Shown here: one piece after another, positions 1-10,397 of the stretch
Numbering within the stretch: position 1 is the stretch's first letter
Layout: every line of letters begins with the position of its first letter
DNA from: an uncultured Candidatus Rokubacteria bacterium
Lineage (GTDB): Bacteria > Methylomirabilota > Methylomirabilia > Rokubacteriales > CSP1-6
NCBI GenBank assembly: GCA_963754315.1
Contig: CAVWFS010000014.1
Span: forward strand, 128,001-192,000
Length of the DNA: 64,000 nucleotides
Direction: 5' to 3'
Notes under the pieces: model-generated
Databases searched by the model: none
Told to the model about the DNA's origin: nothing
Seen by the model: only the letters and a program-made list of their open reading frames with translations
Made by a program: the position numbers and the translations under genes

Positions 1-445
1 CGTCACGTGAACGCGCGCGTTGGCGGTGACCATATGATCGCTCGGCGACAAGTGTCTGGTACTCGGTATGCGGACCAAACCCGTACATGCCCCGCTCACC
101 CAAAGGGGTGTACCGGCAGTACGACGCGACCGCCGCCGCCTGCTCCGGAGTGTCCACCTGGGGCACGTGCAGATTCCACACGCCAGCGTCCAGGAGCCGG
201 GTGACCCATTCGCGGTTGCCATCAGGCGGGCGAACCACCAGCGGGAAGTTCAGAGCACGGCCCAGAGCCGCCATGTCGGCCACCGTCTCCATGGAGAACG
301 GCGAGTGCTCCATGTCGATGCGCGCGAAGTCGAGACCGGCCGCGCGCAGGAGGGTCAGCACGGCCGGCGTCCGGATCATGGTCAGCCAGGTTCCGATCTG
401 CACCTCGCCCCGCTCGGCGCGAGCTCGATAGGCGTTCTCGTACAT
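1..445 (-). CDS. HpcH/HpaI aldolase family protein (partial, runs off window; likely frameshift near nt 45)
   Basis: Not in ORF track. Manual translation from ATG 445: MYENAYRARAERGEVQIGTWLTMIRTPAVLTLLRAAGLDFARIDMEHSPFS...VRPP...TRLLDAGVWNLHVPQVDTPEQA...CRYTPLGERG. GLDF..IDMEH, LLDAG and RY.P.G.RG are HpcH motifs. Confidence 0.85.
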   Translation of the reverse strand, partial: MYENAYRARAERGEVQIGTWLTMIRTPAVLTLLRAAGLDFARIDMEHSPFSMETVADMAALGRALNFPLVVRPPDGNREWVTRLLDAGVWNLHVPQVDTPEQAAAVASYCRYTPLGERGMYGFGPHTEYQTLVAERSYGHRQRARSRD

Positions 446-626
446 GCCCTCCCCTCTCGTCGCCGGCCCCTGAGCAGCACGGGCCAGCGATGGCCCAGCA
501 AGCTAGCATGCGGCAAGGCTCCGGGTCTACGTGATTGCCAGAGGGACCGAGTGACACTACGATCCGGGGAACGTTCCCGAGCCTCGGGGGCCCCACGGCT
601 TTGGCGGGGGCGCAAGGAGGTAGCGC

Positions 627-2192
627 ATGCAGGCACACGCCCCGACCACGACCACGGCTGCGCAGCGACCGCTCACCGGCGTCGAGTTCCTCGAGAGTTT
701 GCGCGGCCGCCGAGAGATCTGGCTGTATGGCGAACAGGTCAAGGACGTGACCGCCCACCCGGCCTTTCGCAACCCCGCCCGCATGCTGGCCCGGCTCTAC
801 GACGCCCTTCACGATCCAGTCAGCCAGCCCGTGTTGACGTGCGCCACCGACACCGGCTCCGGCGGATTTACCCACAGGTACTTTCGGGCCCCGACCAGCG
901 CCGACGATCTGGTGGCGGCGCGCGATGCGATCGCCGCCTGGGCACGTCTGACCTACGGATGGATGGGCCGCTCTCCCGACTACAAGGCGGCCTTCCTGGC
1001 CACCCTGGGCGCCAACGCCGAGTTCTACGCTCCGTACGCGGACAACGCCCGCCGCTGGTACCGCGAGGCGCAAGAGCGCGTACTGTTCATGAATCACGCC
1101 CTCGTCCAGCCGCCGGTCGATCGCCACCGCCCGCCCGACGAGGTGGCCGATGTCTACATCCACGTCGAGAAGGAGACCGACGCCGGACTGATCGTCAGCG
1201 GAGCCAAGGTGGTTGCCACCGGCTCCGCCCTCACCCACTATAACTTCATCGCCCATCCCAGCACGGTTCCCATCAAGACGAAGGAGTTCGCCCTCACCTT
1301 CATCGCCAGCATGGACACGCCCGGGGTGAAGCTGCTCTGTCGTCCGTCCTACGCCATGACGGCCGAGGTGATGGGGAGCCCCTTCGACTATCCGCTCAGT
1401 AGCCGCATGGACGAGAACGACGCCATCCTCGTCCTCGATGGGGCGCTCGTGCCGTGGGAGAACGTGTTCGTGTACGAAGACGTTGAGAAGTCCAACACCT
1501 TCTTCTCCCACTCCGGCTTCTTCCCGCGTGCCATGCTCCACGGATGCACTCGGCTGGCCGTCAAGCTCGATTTCATCGCCGGTCTGCTCCTCAAAGCGGT
1601 GGACGCTGTCGGTTCAAGCGAGACGCGCAACGTCCAGGCCTCGGTGGGCGAGGCCATCGCATGGCGCAACCTGTTCTGGGGGTTGAGCGACGCCATGGCG
1701 CGCACGCCCGTCCCCTGGGCCGGTACCAGCGTGCTGCCCAATCCGGAGTACGGCCAAGCCTATCGTGTATTTTCGACGGTGGCCTACCCGCGCGTGAAGG
1801 AGCTGACCGAGAGCATCCTGGCCAGCGGCCTGATCTACCTGAATTCGCACGCCGTCGACTTCCGGACGCCGGCTCTCCGCCCCTATCTCGATAAGTACCT
1901 GCGCGGCTCGGATGGCACCAGCGCCGTCGACCGCGTCAAGCTGATGAAGCTGCTGTGGGATGCCATCGGCACCGAGTTCGGCGGCCGCCACGAGCTCTAC
2001 GAGCGCAACTATGCGGGCGCGGCCGAGACCATCCGGCTCATCACCTGGCAGATGGCCCAGGCCAGTGGCGACGCCCAGCGCTTTCGCGGCTTCGCCGAGC
2101 AATGCATGGCCGAGTACGACCTCAACGGCTGGACGGTGCCCGATCTGATCACTCCCGACGACGTCAGTCGGTTCCCGGGGAGGCCTCTCTGA
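627..2192 (+). CDS. 4-hydroxyphenylacetate 3-monooxygenase oxygenase component family (HpaB-like)
   Basis: 521 aa; [43 protein letters not shown] and [13 protein letters not shown] motifs; AAGGAGG RBS. Confidence 0.9.
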   Translation: MQAHAPTTTTAAQRPLTGVEFLESLRGRREIWLYGEQVKDVTAHPAFRNPARMLARLYDALHDPVSQPVLTCATDTGSGGFTHRYFRAPTSADDLVAARDAIAAWARLTYGWMGRSPDYKAAFLATLGANAEFYAPYADNARRWYREAQERVLFMNHALVQPPVDRHRPPDEVADVYIHVEKETDAGLIVSGAKVVATGSALTHYNFIAHPSTVPIKTKEFALTFIASMDTPGVKLLCRPSYAMTAEVMGSPFDYPLSSRMDENDAILVLDGALVPWENVFVYEDVEKSNTFFSHSGFFPRAMLHGCTRLAVKLDFIAGLLLKAVDAVGSSETRNVQASVGEAIAWRNLFWGLSDAMARTPVPWAGTSVLPNPEYGQAYRVFSTVAYPRVKELTESILASGLIYLNSHAVDFRTPALRPYLDKYLRGSDGTSAVDRVKLMKLLWDAIGTEFGGRHELYERNYAGAAETIRLITWQMAQASGDAQRFRGFAEQCMAEYDLNGWTVPDLITPDDVSRFPGRPL

Positions 2193-2265
2193 GAGAGACG
2201 GCGGGCAGCCGTGCGCTTATAATCCGGGCGGGTACGTACACCTCTCGGCGGTGAGGAGAGACATC

Positions 2266-3666
2266 ATGACAAGCCCCGACGTCGCGACCACGGTGGCGGA
2301 ACGCAAGGCCGTCGTTCAACAGGATCTTCAGAACGTGCTCCACCCCGTCGTTCCTCATCGTCAGCTGGAATCGGAGCCGCTGGTGATCGTGGAGGGTCGC
2401 GGCTCGACCGTGGTCGACGCGGACGGGACCGAGTATCTCGACGCCATGGCCGGACTCTGGTGCGTCAACGTGGGGTACGGCCGCACCGAGCTGGCCGAGG
2501 TGGCGGCCGCCCAGATGCGCGCCTTGCCATACTATCCGCACACGGCGATGAACGCGCCGGCGGCGGCCCTGGCCGAGCGCGTGAATGGGCTCCTCGGTGG
2601 TGACAACCACGTCTACTTCGTGGCCTCGGGCTCGGAGGCCAACGAGGCCGGCTTCAAGATCGCGCGGCAGTACATGAAGCACGAGCATCCCGGTCAGCTC
2701 CGCTACAAGACGATCACCCGCTACCTCGGCTACCATGGGACCACCTTGGCCACCCTGGCCGCGGGCGGCATGGGCGACCGCAAGATGAAGTTCGAGCCTC
2801 TCGGCGGCAACGACTTCGTCCACGTAGCTCCGCCCTACTGCTACCGCTGCCCTTTCGGGCTCACCTACCCGTCGTGCGAGCTGGCCTGCGTGAAGAACAT
2901 CGAGGCGACTATCCAGGGCGAAGGGCCCGACACGGTAGCGACTCTCCTCGTGGAGCCCGTGATGAGCGCCGTGGGGGTGGCCGTCCCGCCTGCCGAGTAT
3001 CTCCCCGAGGTGGCAGCGCTCGCCAAGAAGTACGGATGCCTCCTCCACATCGACGAGGTCATCAACGGCTTCGGACGGACGGGGGCCATGTTCGCTCATC
3101 AGCACTACGGAGTGCGGCCCGACATGGTCAGCATCGCCAAGGGTCTGGTGAGCGCTTACCTCCCGATTGCCGCCACTGTCGTGCGCAACGAGGTCTTCCA
3201 GTCCTTCGTGGGCGAGCCGTCCGAGAATCGTCAGGTCTTTCAGATCTCGACCTACGGCGGGCACCCCGTAGCTGCCGCCGTGGCCGGCCGCAACATCGAC
3301 ATCATCCTGAGAGAGCGCCTCGTCGAGCGTGCTGCCGAGAACGGCGCCTACCTGCTTGACCGTCTCCGCACGCTGGAGAAGCACCCGTGGGTGGGCGACG
3401 TTCGCGGCAAAGGCCTTCTGGCCGGGGTGGAACTGGTCAAGGATCGCCGCACCAAAGAGGTCGTCGGGGCCGATCGGATCACGCGCTTGGTGGACTTCGC
3501 CCGGCATCGGGGCGTGATCGTTGGTCGCTCGGGCGGCGGTCGCCACCTGGGCAGCGTCATCGTGCTCTCACCGCCACTCGTCATTACCCGCGCCGAGATC
3601 GACCGCGTGGTCGCCGTTCTCGACGATGCCATCGCGGACATGGGAAAGACGCTCCTGGCGAGCTGA
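2266..3666 (+). CDS. Class III (omega) PLP-dependent aminotransferase
   Basis: YLDAMAGLWCVNVGYGR, SGSEANE, YHGTT, DEVINGFGRTG and SIAKG (PLP Lys) motifs; AGGAG RBS before ATG 2266. Confidence 0.92.
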   Translation: MTSPDVATTVAERKAVVQQDLQNVLHPVVPHRQLESEPLVIVEGRGSTVVDADGTEYLDAMAGLWCVNVGYGRTELAEVAAAQMRALPYYPHTAMNAPAAALAERVNGLLGGDNHVYFVASGSEANEAGFKIARQYMKHEHPGQLRYKTITRYLGYHGTTLATLAAGGMGDRKMKFEPLGGNDFVHVAPPYCYRCPFGLTYPSCELACVKNIEATIQGEGPDTVATLLVEPVMSAVGVAVPPAEYLPEVAALAKKYGCLLHIDEVINGFGRTGAMFAHQHYGVRPDMVSIAKGLVSAYLPIAATVVRNEVFQSFVGEPSENRQVFQISTYGGHPVAAAVAGRNIDIILRERLVERAAENGAYLLDRLRTLEKHPWVGDVRGKGLLAGVELVKDRRTKEVVGADRITRLVDFARHRGVIVGRSGGGRHLGSVIVLSPPLVITRAEIDRVVAVLDDAIADMGKTLLAS

Positions 3667-3757
3667 CTCGACCATCGCTCGACTACTTCAGCCGGATGTC
3701 CTCGTAGGCCGGGAACGGGATCAGGTGCATCGAGTCTCCTCCCGGGCCCTGCGGTGA

Positions 3758-4867
3758 TCAGTCCTGGAAGATCGCCTCCGGCAGCAGCGCCGACACGACA
3801 TAGTTCGGCACGTCGACCACGTTGCTGATGCGCAGGTCGACGGCCACGCTGCAGATGATGTATGCCTGCTCGCGGCTCCAGCCTCGTTCTTGCAACAGTG
3901 CCATCATGTTCAGCAGCGCGTTCCGGCAGGCCAGGGTCAGGTTCTCGCCATCGTTGACGCCGTCCTCGCGAATCGGCATCCCCATGGCGGCCGTGAAGCG
4001 CTGGGGGGCCGCCCACTGGGGCGGCGCGAAGTAATCTCCGTGGGCGAAGCGCGGACCGCGCCAGCGCGCGGCCGCGTTCAGCCCTTTCAGGAGCCGAAAG
4101 CGCACCGTCACGGTGGCGCCCATCTCCACGGCGGTGACGCAGACCTCGCCATCGCCCTGGGCGAAATGCCCGTCTCCCACGGAGAAGAGCGCCCCGGCCA
4201 CGGCCACCGGCAGGAGCAGGGTCGAGCCCTTCGTCAGCTGTTTCACGTCGAAATTGCCGCCGTTCTCGCGAGGCGGAATGGTGCGCAACCCACGTTCGGC
4301 GGCCGGTCCCCGGGCGGGAATCGCGCCGTCAGGAGTGGGCGGGAACGCGAGTCCGCCCCGATCGATCAGATCTTGCTCGCGCTTGATCCAGGCCTCGAGC
4401 TGGCGCGACGAGGGCGCCACCCCGGAGACGCCCATGAACGGCGCGCCGGGAATGCGCACTCCCGGCAGCTGGGGCGAGGTGGCCCAATCGTCGCTGATTC
4501 GCCAGTGGACCAGGAAGGGCGTGGTGCAGAGATCGCGCAGGAATCCGAGACCGGGAACGATCGCACTAAACGCATGCCGCTCGGGCAGGATGTCGAGAAA
4601 CGTCACTTCCAGCACGTCGCCAGGCTGGGCCCCCTTGACGAAGATCGGGCCCGTCAGGGGGTGGATAGCACCCGGGTCCATGCCCGCAATGTCCGCGGCG
4701 GTGGTGGATGGCCCGAGCTGGCCGTCCACGCCATCACGCGTCTGCAGGACAACCTCCTCACCTTCGTCGACTTCCAGGAGCGGCGTGAGATCCGGGTGGA
4801 AGCGATTGTGACCGGTCGAGGATTGATCGCGCAGACGCTTGCTTCGGTCGATCTCGACGCTCTTCAC
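3758..4867 (-). CDS. Acetamidase/formamidase family protein
   Basis: HNRFHPD, HPLTGPI, PPRENGGNFD, GDGHFAQGDGEV and NVVDVPN motifs. Confidence 0.92.
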   Translation of the reverse strand: MKSVEIDRSKRLRDQSSTGHNRFHPDLTPLLEVDEGEEVVLQTRDGVDGQLGPSTTAADIAGMDPGAIHPLTGPIFVKGAQPGDVLEVTFLDILPERHAFSAIVPGLGFLRDLCTTPFLVHWRISDDWATSPQLPGVRIPGAPFMGVSGVAPSSRQLEAWIKREQDLIDRGGLAFPPTPDGAIPARGPAAERGLRTIPPRENGGNFDVKQLTKGSTLLLPVAVAGALFSVGDGHFAQGDGEVCVTAVEMGATVTVRFRLLKGLNAAARWRGPRFAHGDYFAPPQWAAPQRFTAAMGMPIREDGVNDGENLTLACRNALLNMMALLQERGWSREQAYIICSVAVDLRISNVVDVPNYVVSALLPEAIFQD

Positions 4868-4881
4868 GGCGTTGTTCCCCG

Positions 4882-6585
4882 CTAGCGCGGCGCGAGGGGA
4901 CCGCGCAGCAGCCGCCCGGGGAGGGCGCCGGTGGCCTTGCCGTCGCGCAGCACGACCTCGCCGTTCACCACGGTGGCCGCGATGCCCCGCGCGCGCTGGA
5001 CCAGGCGCCGGGCTCCGGCGGGGAGATCGCGCACCACTTCCGGCATCTCGGGCCCGATGGTGTCGGGATCAAAGACGAGGAGGTCGGCGGCCATGCCTTC
5101 CCGGATGAGGCCGCGATCGGCAAAGCCCCAGTGCGTTGCCGGCTCGAAGCTCAGCATGCGCACTCCCTCCTCCAGAGTGAGCGTCCCCTTGGCGCGCACC
5201 CAGTGACTGAGCAGGTGCGTCTGCAACGAGGCATCCATGATCTGGGAGACGTGAGCGCCCGAGTCCGAGAAGGTCACCACCGTGCGGGGGTGCTTCATCA
5301 GCTCGAGCGCATGGTCCTGATCCTCGTTGGCGATGGGTTGCAGGAAGAAGCGCGCCAGATCGCGCTCGAGGGCGAGGTCGATCATCGCCTCCACCGGGTC
5401 CACCTGGCGTTCGCGCGCGACGTCGGCCACCGAGCGGTGCGGTCCGTCGGGTGTGTCCATCACGAAGATCCACTCGTAAGCGGCCCGCCGGGGCTCGGCC
5501 CCGACGGGTGGGCGCTCGTCGCGCGCGCGCGCCGCCTCGATCAGACGCCGGCGTGTGTCCGGATCGCGCAGCAGCCGACCTTGCTCGGCGAGAGGCCGCG
5601 CCCGGAACTCCTTCCAGACCGGGAGCCGGTCGAAGGGCAAGGTGGTCTCGAACGAGAGCACGACGGTCAGCGCCCGGCTGTGCACCTGGGCGAACATGCG
5701 GCCACCGGCGCTCGCGGTCTCCTCCAGTAGCGCTAGATAGAGGCGCCAGAGCTCGTGATCGTCTCGGCGGCTGAACAGGCCCCATGTCACCGGCCGCCCG
5801 GTCTCCACGGCCAGATCACGCAGCCGGACGTGGTAGTCGCGCACCCCCTGCCGATCGTCTCCAAAGCGCTCACCGGCGATCTCGAAGATGCCGGCGTTCA
5901 TGTCCCCCATGACGCCGACCAACCGCCGGACTTCATCCCAGGTGGCGAGACGGCTGGCCACCGGGCGGCGATCCGGTGTCTCGTGACTTGGTGAGCGCGA
6001 GGTGGTGAAGCCGATGGCGCCGGCGCGAATGGCGTCGCGGAGCTCGCGTTCCATCGCGCGCAGGTCGTCCTCGCCAGCCGGCTTATCGAAGGCGCGTTCA
6101 CCCATGACGTACGTCCTGAGGGCGGAGTGCCCGATGTAGCCCGCGTAGTTGATGCCCTTGGGCAGAGATTCCACGCGATCCAGAAACTCCGGGAAGGTCG
6201 TCCAGGTCCAATCGATACCCGCGTCCATGGCTTCGGCCGCGATATCTTCCGCTCGCTCCAGGTTACGTACGACCAGGTGCCGGTCGGCCTTGCCGCACGG
6301 AGCGAGCGTGAATCCACAATTGCCCATCACCACCGTGGTCACCCCGTGCCAGCAAGAACAGGTACCCAGCGGATCCCAGAAGACCTGCGCATCCATGTGC
6401 GTGTGGCCATCCACGAAGCCGGGCGACACCACCTGGCCGTCAGCGTCGATCACTTCGCGCGCACGCTCACGGATGCGCCCGATGGCGGCGATGCGGCCGT
6501 GCCGGACGCCGAGGTCGGCTCGATAGCGGGGCAGGCCCGATCCGTCGATCACCGTGCCATTCTTGATCACCAGGTCGTACGGCAT
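4882..6585 (-). CDS. N-acyl-D-amino-acid deacylase family amidohydrolase
   Basis: Start MPYDLVIKNGTVIDGSG; PGFVDGHTHMD, HGVTTVVMGNCG, SDSGAH and DRGLIREGMAADLLVFDP motifs. Confidence 0.9.
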   Translation of the reverse strand: MPYDLVIKNGTVIDGSGLPRYRADLGVRHGRIAAIGRIRERAREVIDADGQVVSPGFVDGHTHMDAQVFWDPLGTCSCWHGVTTVVMGNCGFTLAPCGKADRHLVVRNLERAEDIAAEAMDAGIDWTWTTFPEFLDRVESLPKGINYAGYIGHSALRTYVMGERAFDKPAGEDDLRAMERELRDAIRAGAIGFTTSRSPSHETPDRRPVASRLATWDEVRRLVGVMGDMNAGIFEIAGERFGDDRQGVRDYHVRLRDLAVETGRPVTWGLFSRRDDHELWRLYLALLEETASAGGRMFAQVHSRALTVVLSFETTLPFDRLPVWKEFRARPLAEQGRLLRDPDTRRRLIEAARARDERPPVGAEPRRAAYEWIFVMDTPDGPHRSVADVARERQVDPVEAMIDLALERDLARFFLQPIANEDQDHALELMKHPRTVVTFSDSGAHVSQIMDASLQTHLLSHWVRAKGTLTLEEGVRMLSFEPATHWGFADRGLIREGMAADLLVFDPDTIGPEMPEVVRDLPAGARRLVQRARGIAATVVNGEVVLRDGKATGALPGRLLRGPLAPR

Positions 6586-6673
6586 CGTCCGTTCCTCCCT
6601 CTCGGGCCCACAGGCCGCACTCGTCGAAAGTGCTCGTATCGTACTCCACCGAGCGACACGCTGACCAGGACCC

Positions 6674-6702
6674 TTGACCCGGTGCCAGGCCCGACCTACC
6701 TT
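6674..6702 (+). promoter_or_regulatory. sigma70-like promoter (TTGACC-17-TACCTT)
   Basis: -35/-10 hexamers with 17-nt spacing upstream of the CoA-transferase operon. Confidence 0.45.
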
Positions 6703-6779
6703 CTCGCTTGGGTGACGTCGCCGGTGGCGAACAGGGCCACCGCGGCGCGGAGCGGAGACGCAGAGCTGGGAGGGCAAGA

Positions 6780-7985
6780 GTGAGCGAGAGAAGCGGGCAG
6801 ATCGCGGACGTGCTGGCGGGGATCCGTGTTCTCGACTTCGGGCGGTACATCGCGGGGCCGTACTGCGCGGCGCTCCTGGCCGATCTCGGCGCTGACGTCA
6901 TTCGCGTCGAACGGCGAGGCGGGGGCGAGGACCGCTGGGTGGCCCCGGTGGGGGCGGACGGCGTGGGCGCCATGTACCTGGTCATGAACCGCAACAAGCG
7001 CGCGATGACGCTCGATCCCGCATGTCCCGAGGGTCGTGAGATCGTGCGTAAGCTGGTGGGCACCGCCGACGTCGTGGTCGCCAATTTGCCCCCGGAGGTC
7101 CTGCGCTCACTCGCGCTCGATCTGGAGAGTCTGCGTCGGGTGAAACCAGACATCATCCTCACCACCGTGACCGCCTTCGGGGCCGGCGGGCCGTGGAGCA
7201 GCAAGCATGGCTTCGACGGCATCGGTCAGGTGATGTGCGGCTCGGCCTACCTCACCGGCACGCCCGAGCAGCCGATGCGCGCCGCGGTTGCCTGGGTGGA
7301 CTGCGGCACGGCATCGGTGGCCGCCCTCGGTACCCTGGCCGCCCTCATGGCGCGGCAGCAGTCCGGTCGGGGTCAAAAGGTGGAGGCCGCTCTTCTCAGA
7401 ACGGCGGTCGCGTTCAACAATCCGACCCTGGTCGAGCAGCAGGTCATCCAGGCCAATCGGGTCGCGACCCTCAATCGAGGCCAGACGTCCGCGCCTTCCG
7501 ATCTCTTTCGCACCAAGGACGGCTGGATCATCGCCTACGCGATCGGAGGCCCGATGTTCGCGCGATGGGCCAGGCTGATGGGCGACGATCACTGGCTGAC
7601 CGATCCACGCTTCAAGGACGACGAGGCCCGTGGCAACCACGGGGAGATCATCTCCAAGCGAATGTCCGAGTGGACGGCCGACCGCACCACCCTCGAAGCC
7701 CTCTCCGCACTCGAGGCGGCCAAGATTCCCGCCGGTCCTCTGTATTCGCCCCAGCAGGCGCTGCAGGACACGCACATCAGGCAAGCCGGCTTGCTTCACG
7801 ACACGGAGTATCCTGGTTTGTCCCGCCCGGCGCCGCTGGCCCCCACGCCGGTTGATCTGTCGGAGACTCCTGGCCGCTTCCGACATCGGGCGCCCACCCT
7901 CGGCGAGCACACCGAGGCGATCCTGGTCGAACTGGGTTACCGTCCGGCCGAGATCGCAGAGCTGCGCACGAAGGAGGTCATCTGA
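6780..7985 (+). CDS. CaiB/BaiF family III CoA-transferase
   Basis: LAGIRVLDFGRYIAGPYC..LLADLGADVIRVE, NRNKR and APTLGEHT motifs. Confidence 0.92.
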   Translation: MSERSGQIADVLAGIRVLDFGRYIAGPYCAALLADLGADVIRVERRGGGEDRWVAPVGADGVGAMYLVMNRNKRAMTLDPACPEGREIVRKLVGTADVVVANLPPEVLRSLALDLESLRRVKPDIILTTVTAFGAGGPWSSKHGFDGIGQVMCGSAYLTGTPEQPMRAAVAWVDCGTASVAALGTLAALMARQQSGRGQKVEAALLRTAVAFNNPTLVEQQVIQANRVATLNRGQTSAPSDLFRTKDGWIIAYAIGGPMFARWARLMGDDHWLTDPRFKDDEARGNHGEIISKRMSEWTADRTTLEALSALEAAKIPAGPLYSPQQALQDTHIRQAGLLHDTEYPGLSRPAPLAPTPVDLSETPGRFRHRAPTLGEHTEAILVELGYRPAEIAELRTKEVI

Positions 7986-8064
7986 CACTCGAGCGGGACG
8001 GCAGGCCCGTTCGCGCCGCGGAAGGCGTAACATGGGCCAGGCACACGTCGAGGAGAGAACGATC

Positions 8065-9156
8065 ATGACCGAGGCAGTTATCTCTGCGGACTCACACGTC
8101 ACCGAGCCCCCTGGCACGTACGTCGATCGCATCGATCGGGCCTGGCGCGATCGCGCCCCCCGCCTCGTCCACGATGCGACGCGTGGCGACCTGTTCGTGA
8201 TCGACGGGCTGCCCAAGCCCATCCCCATGGGCCTGATCGCCGCCGCGGGTCAGCGGTCCGATGGTCTGAAGATGTTTGGGGCACGCTTCGAGGAGCTCCA
8301 CCGGGGTGGCTGGGATCCCGAGGCGCGGATGGCGGATCAGGCGCGCGATGGCATCGCCGCCGAGGTCATCTATCCCACCGTCGGCATGATGCTCTGTAAC
8401 CATCCGGACTTCGACTACAAGCACGCTTGTTTCCAGGCCTACAACCGCTGGCTGGCCGAGTTCTGCGGAGCCCACCCCGACCGGCTGATCGGCATCGGAC
8501 AGACGGCCCTCCGCTCGGTCGAGGACGGCATCGCAGATCTCACGACGATCAAAGGGCTGGGCCTGCGCGGGGTGATGCTCCCCGGAAATCCCAAGGGGCC
8601 CGACTACGACGACCCGTACTGGGCGCCATTCTTTGAAGCGGCCATTGCACTCGAATTGCCGCCGTCGTTCCACGTCCTCACCAGCCAGGGCGACCTGGTG
8701 CGGCCCCGCGGCCCGAAGCTCAACAGCTTCATGGCCTTCATCCGAGGCAATCAAGATCTCATCGGCGTCTTCATCTTCGGTGGAGTCTTCGAGCGCCATC
8801 CCAAGCTCCGCCTCGTGTGCGTCGAGGCTGACGCCGGCTGGGTCCCTCACTTCATGTATCGGATGGACCACGCCTACGAGCGCCATCGCGCCTGGCTCAC
8901 CTCGGCCGCCCTCGCCAAGCCGCCCAGCGAGTACTTTCGGGAGCACGTCTACACGACCTTTCAGGACGACTGGGTGGCGTTTCGGGTCAAGGATCTGCTC
9001 AACGTGCGGCGTCTCCTGTGGGCCAACGATTTTCCGCACAGCGATTCGACGTGGCCGGACTCACAGGAGCTGCTCGCTCGCCACACCGGGCACCTCACCG
9101 CGGCCGAACGGCGGCTCGTCCTCCACGACAACGTGGCCGAGCTTTACGGCCTTTAG
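8065..9156 (+). CDS. Amidohydrolase_2 family protein
   Basis: ISADSHVTEP, GGWDPEAR, FERHPKLR and LLWANDFPH motifs; GAGGAG RBS. Confidence 0.9.
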   Translation: MTEAVISADSHVTEPPGTYVDRIDRAWRDRAPRLVHDATRGDLFVIDGLPKPIPMGLIAAAGQRSDGLKMFGARFEELHRGGWDPEARMADQARDGIAAEVIYPTVGMMLCNHPDFDYKHACFQAYNRWLAEFCGAHPDRLIGIGQTALRSVEDGIADLTTIKGLGLRGVMLPGNPKGPDYDDPYWAPFFEAAIALELPPSFHVLTSQGDLVRPRGPKLNSFMAFIRGNQDLIGVFIFGGVFERHPKLRLVCVEADAGWVPHFMYRMDHAYERHRAWLTSAALAKPPSEYFREHVYTTFQDDWVAFRVKDLLNVRRLLWANDFPHSDSTWPDSQELLARHTGHLTAAERRLVLHDNVAELYGL

Positions 9157-9208
9157 CCGCGCAGTCTGGTGAGTCACGCGTCACAACGCTGGAGGCCCGG
9201 AGGACGGC

Positions 9209-9570
9209 ATGACGTATGACCTGCTGATTCGAGGTGGCACCGTGGTGGACGGCTCGGGACTCCCACGCTACCGGGCGGATGTGGGGGTGGCGCGCGGGAG
9301 GATCGTACGGATCGGACGAATTCGAGATGGGGCCCGCGAGGTCATCGAAGCCCGAGACTGCGTGGTCGCCCCGGGCTTCATCGACGGTCACACGCACATG
9401 GACGCCCAGGTCGCCTGGGACCCGCTCGGAACCTGCTCATGCTGGCACGGCGTTACGACTGTGGTGATGGGGAACTGCGGCTTCACCCTGGCCCCCTGCC
9501 GGCGGGACGAGAAGCATCTGGTCGTACGCAACCTGGAGCGGGCCGAGGATATCCCCGCCGAGGCGATGCA
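9209..9570 (+). pseudogene. 3'-truncated N-acyl-D-amino-acid deacylase paralogue
   Basis: First ~120 aa closely parallel the 4882-6585 protein (…GHTHMDAQV.WDPLGTCSCWHGVTTVVMGNCGFTLAPC…RNLERAEDI.AEAM). Similarity stops abruptly ~25 nt before the next gene. Confidence 0.8.
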
Positions 9571-9593
9571 AATCAGTATAAGGAGCGAAGGGA

Positions 9594-10283
9594 ATGGCGA
9601 CGTATGTGCTGGTGCACGGGGCGTATCAGGGGGGGTGGATCTGGAAGCCGGTGGCAACGCGGCTGCGAGCGGCGGGGCATGACGTCTACGCGCCGACTCT
9701 CGACGGCTGTGCTGAGCGCCATGATGTGATCCGCTCCGGCATCACCGTGGGCAGCCACGCTCGCGAGGTCGCGCAGTTTCTGTTTTACGAGGACCTGCGC
9801 GCGGTCGTCCTGGTGGGAACCAGCTCAGGAGGGATGGTCATCTGCAAGGTCGCCGAGCTGGCGCGCGAGCGCATCGCGCGCGTGATCTTCGTCGACGCGC
9901 TGGCCTTGCTTCCCGGGGAGCGGGTGGACGGCATTGTGAAGCGGACAGGACCTCGCGAGACCACCGACATCGCCACCGGACCCACCAAGGCCGACGCACA
10001 GGATCGTCTTTTCGCCGATCTTGATCCCGACACGCGAGCGTGGGCCCTGGCACGCTACACTCTGCACCCCATCGCCGCCCTCGAGGCGCCCATGGAGCCC
10101 ACCACCTTCTGGGATCACACGTGGCCAGCCACCGTGATTCGCTGCCGCCGCGCCGCTAATCCGCCCGAAGCGCACCAGCGCCGAACTGCGGAACGGCTGA
10201 AAGCAACCTGGCACGAGCTGGACACCGGCCACTATCCCATGCTGAGCCAGCCCCAGGAGCTGACCCGCCTGCTCCTCAGCTAG
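9594..10283 (+). CDS. Alpha/beta-fold hydrolase (esterase-like)
   Basis: YVLVHGAYQGGWIW, nucleophile elbow VGTSSGG, and DTGHYPMLS. Confidence 0.88.
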   Translation: MATYVLVHGAYQGGWIWKPVATRLRAAGHDVYAPTLDGCAERHDVIRSGITVGSHAREVAQFLFYEDLRAVVLVGTSSGGMVICKVAELARERIARVIFVDALALLPGERVDGIVKRTGPRETTDIATGPTKADAQDRLFADLDPDTRAWALARYTLHPIAALEAPMEPTTFWDHTWPATVIRCRRAANPPEAHQRRTAERLKATWHELDTGHYPMLSQPQELTRLLLS

Positions 10284-10397
10284 GTCTCCCGCTCCCTGGG
10301 CTCGGCGCATCTCCTCCTCCGTCAGGAGCTAGTTGCCAATGGAGGTTCGTCGGAGGAAACTGGCGCATGCGTCAGACGGCTCGCGGGAGATGACATC

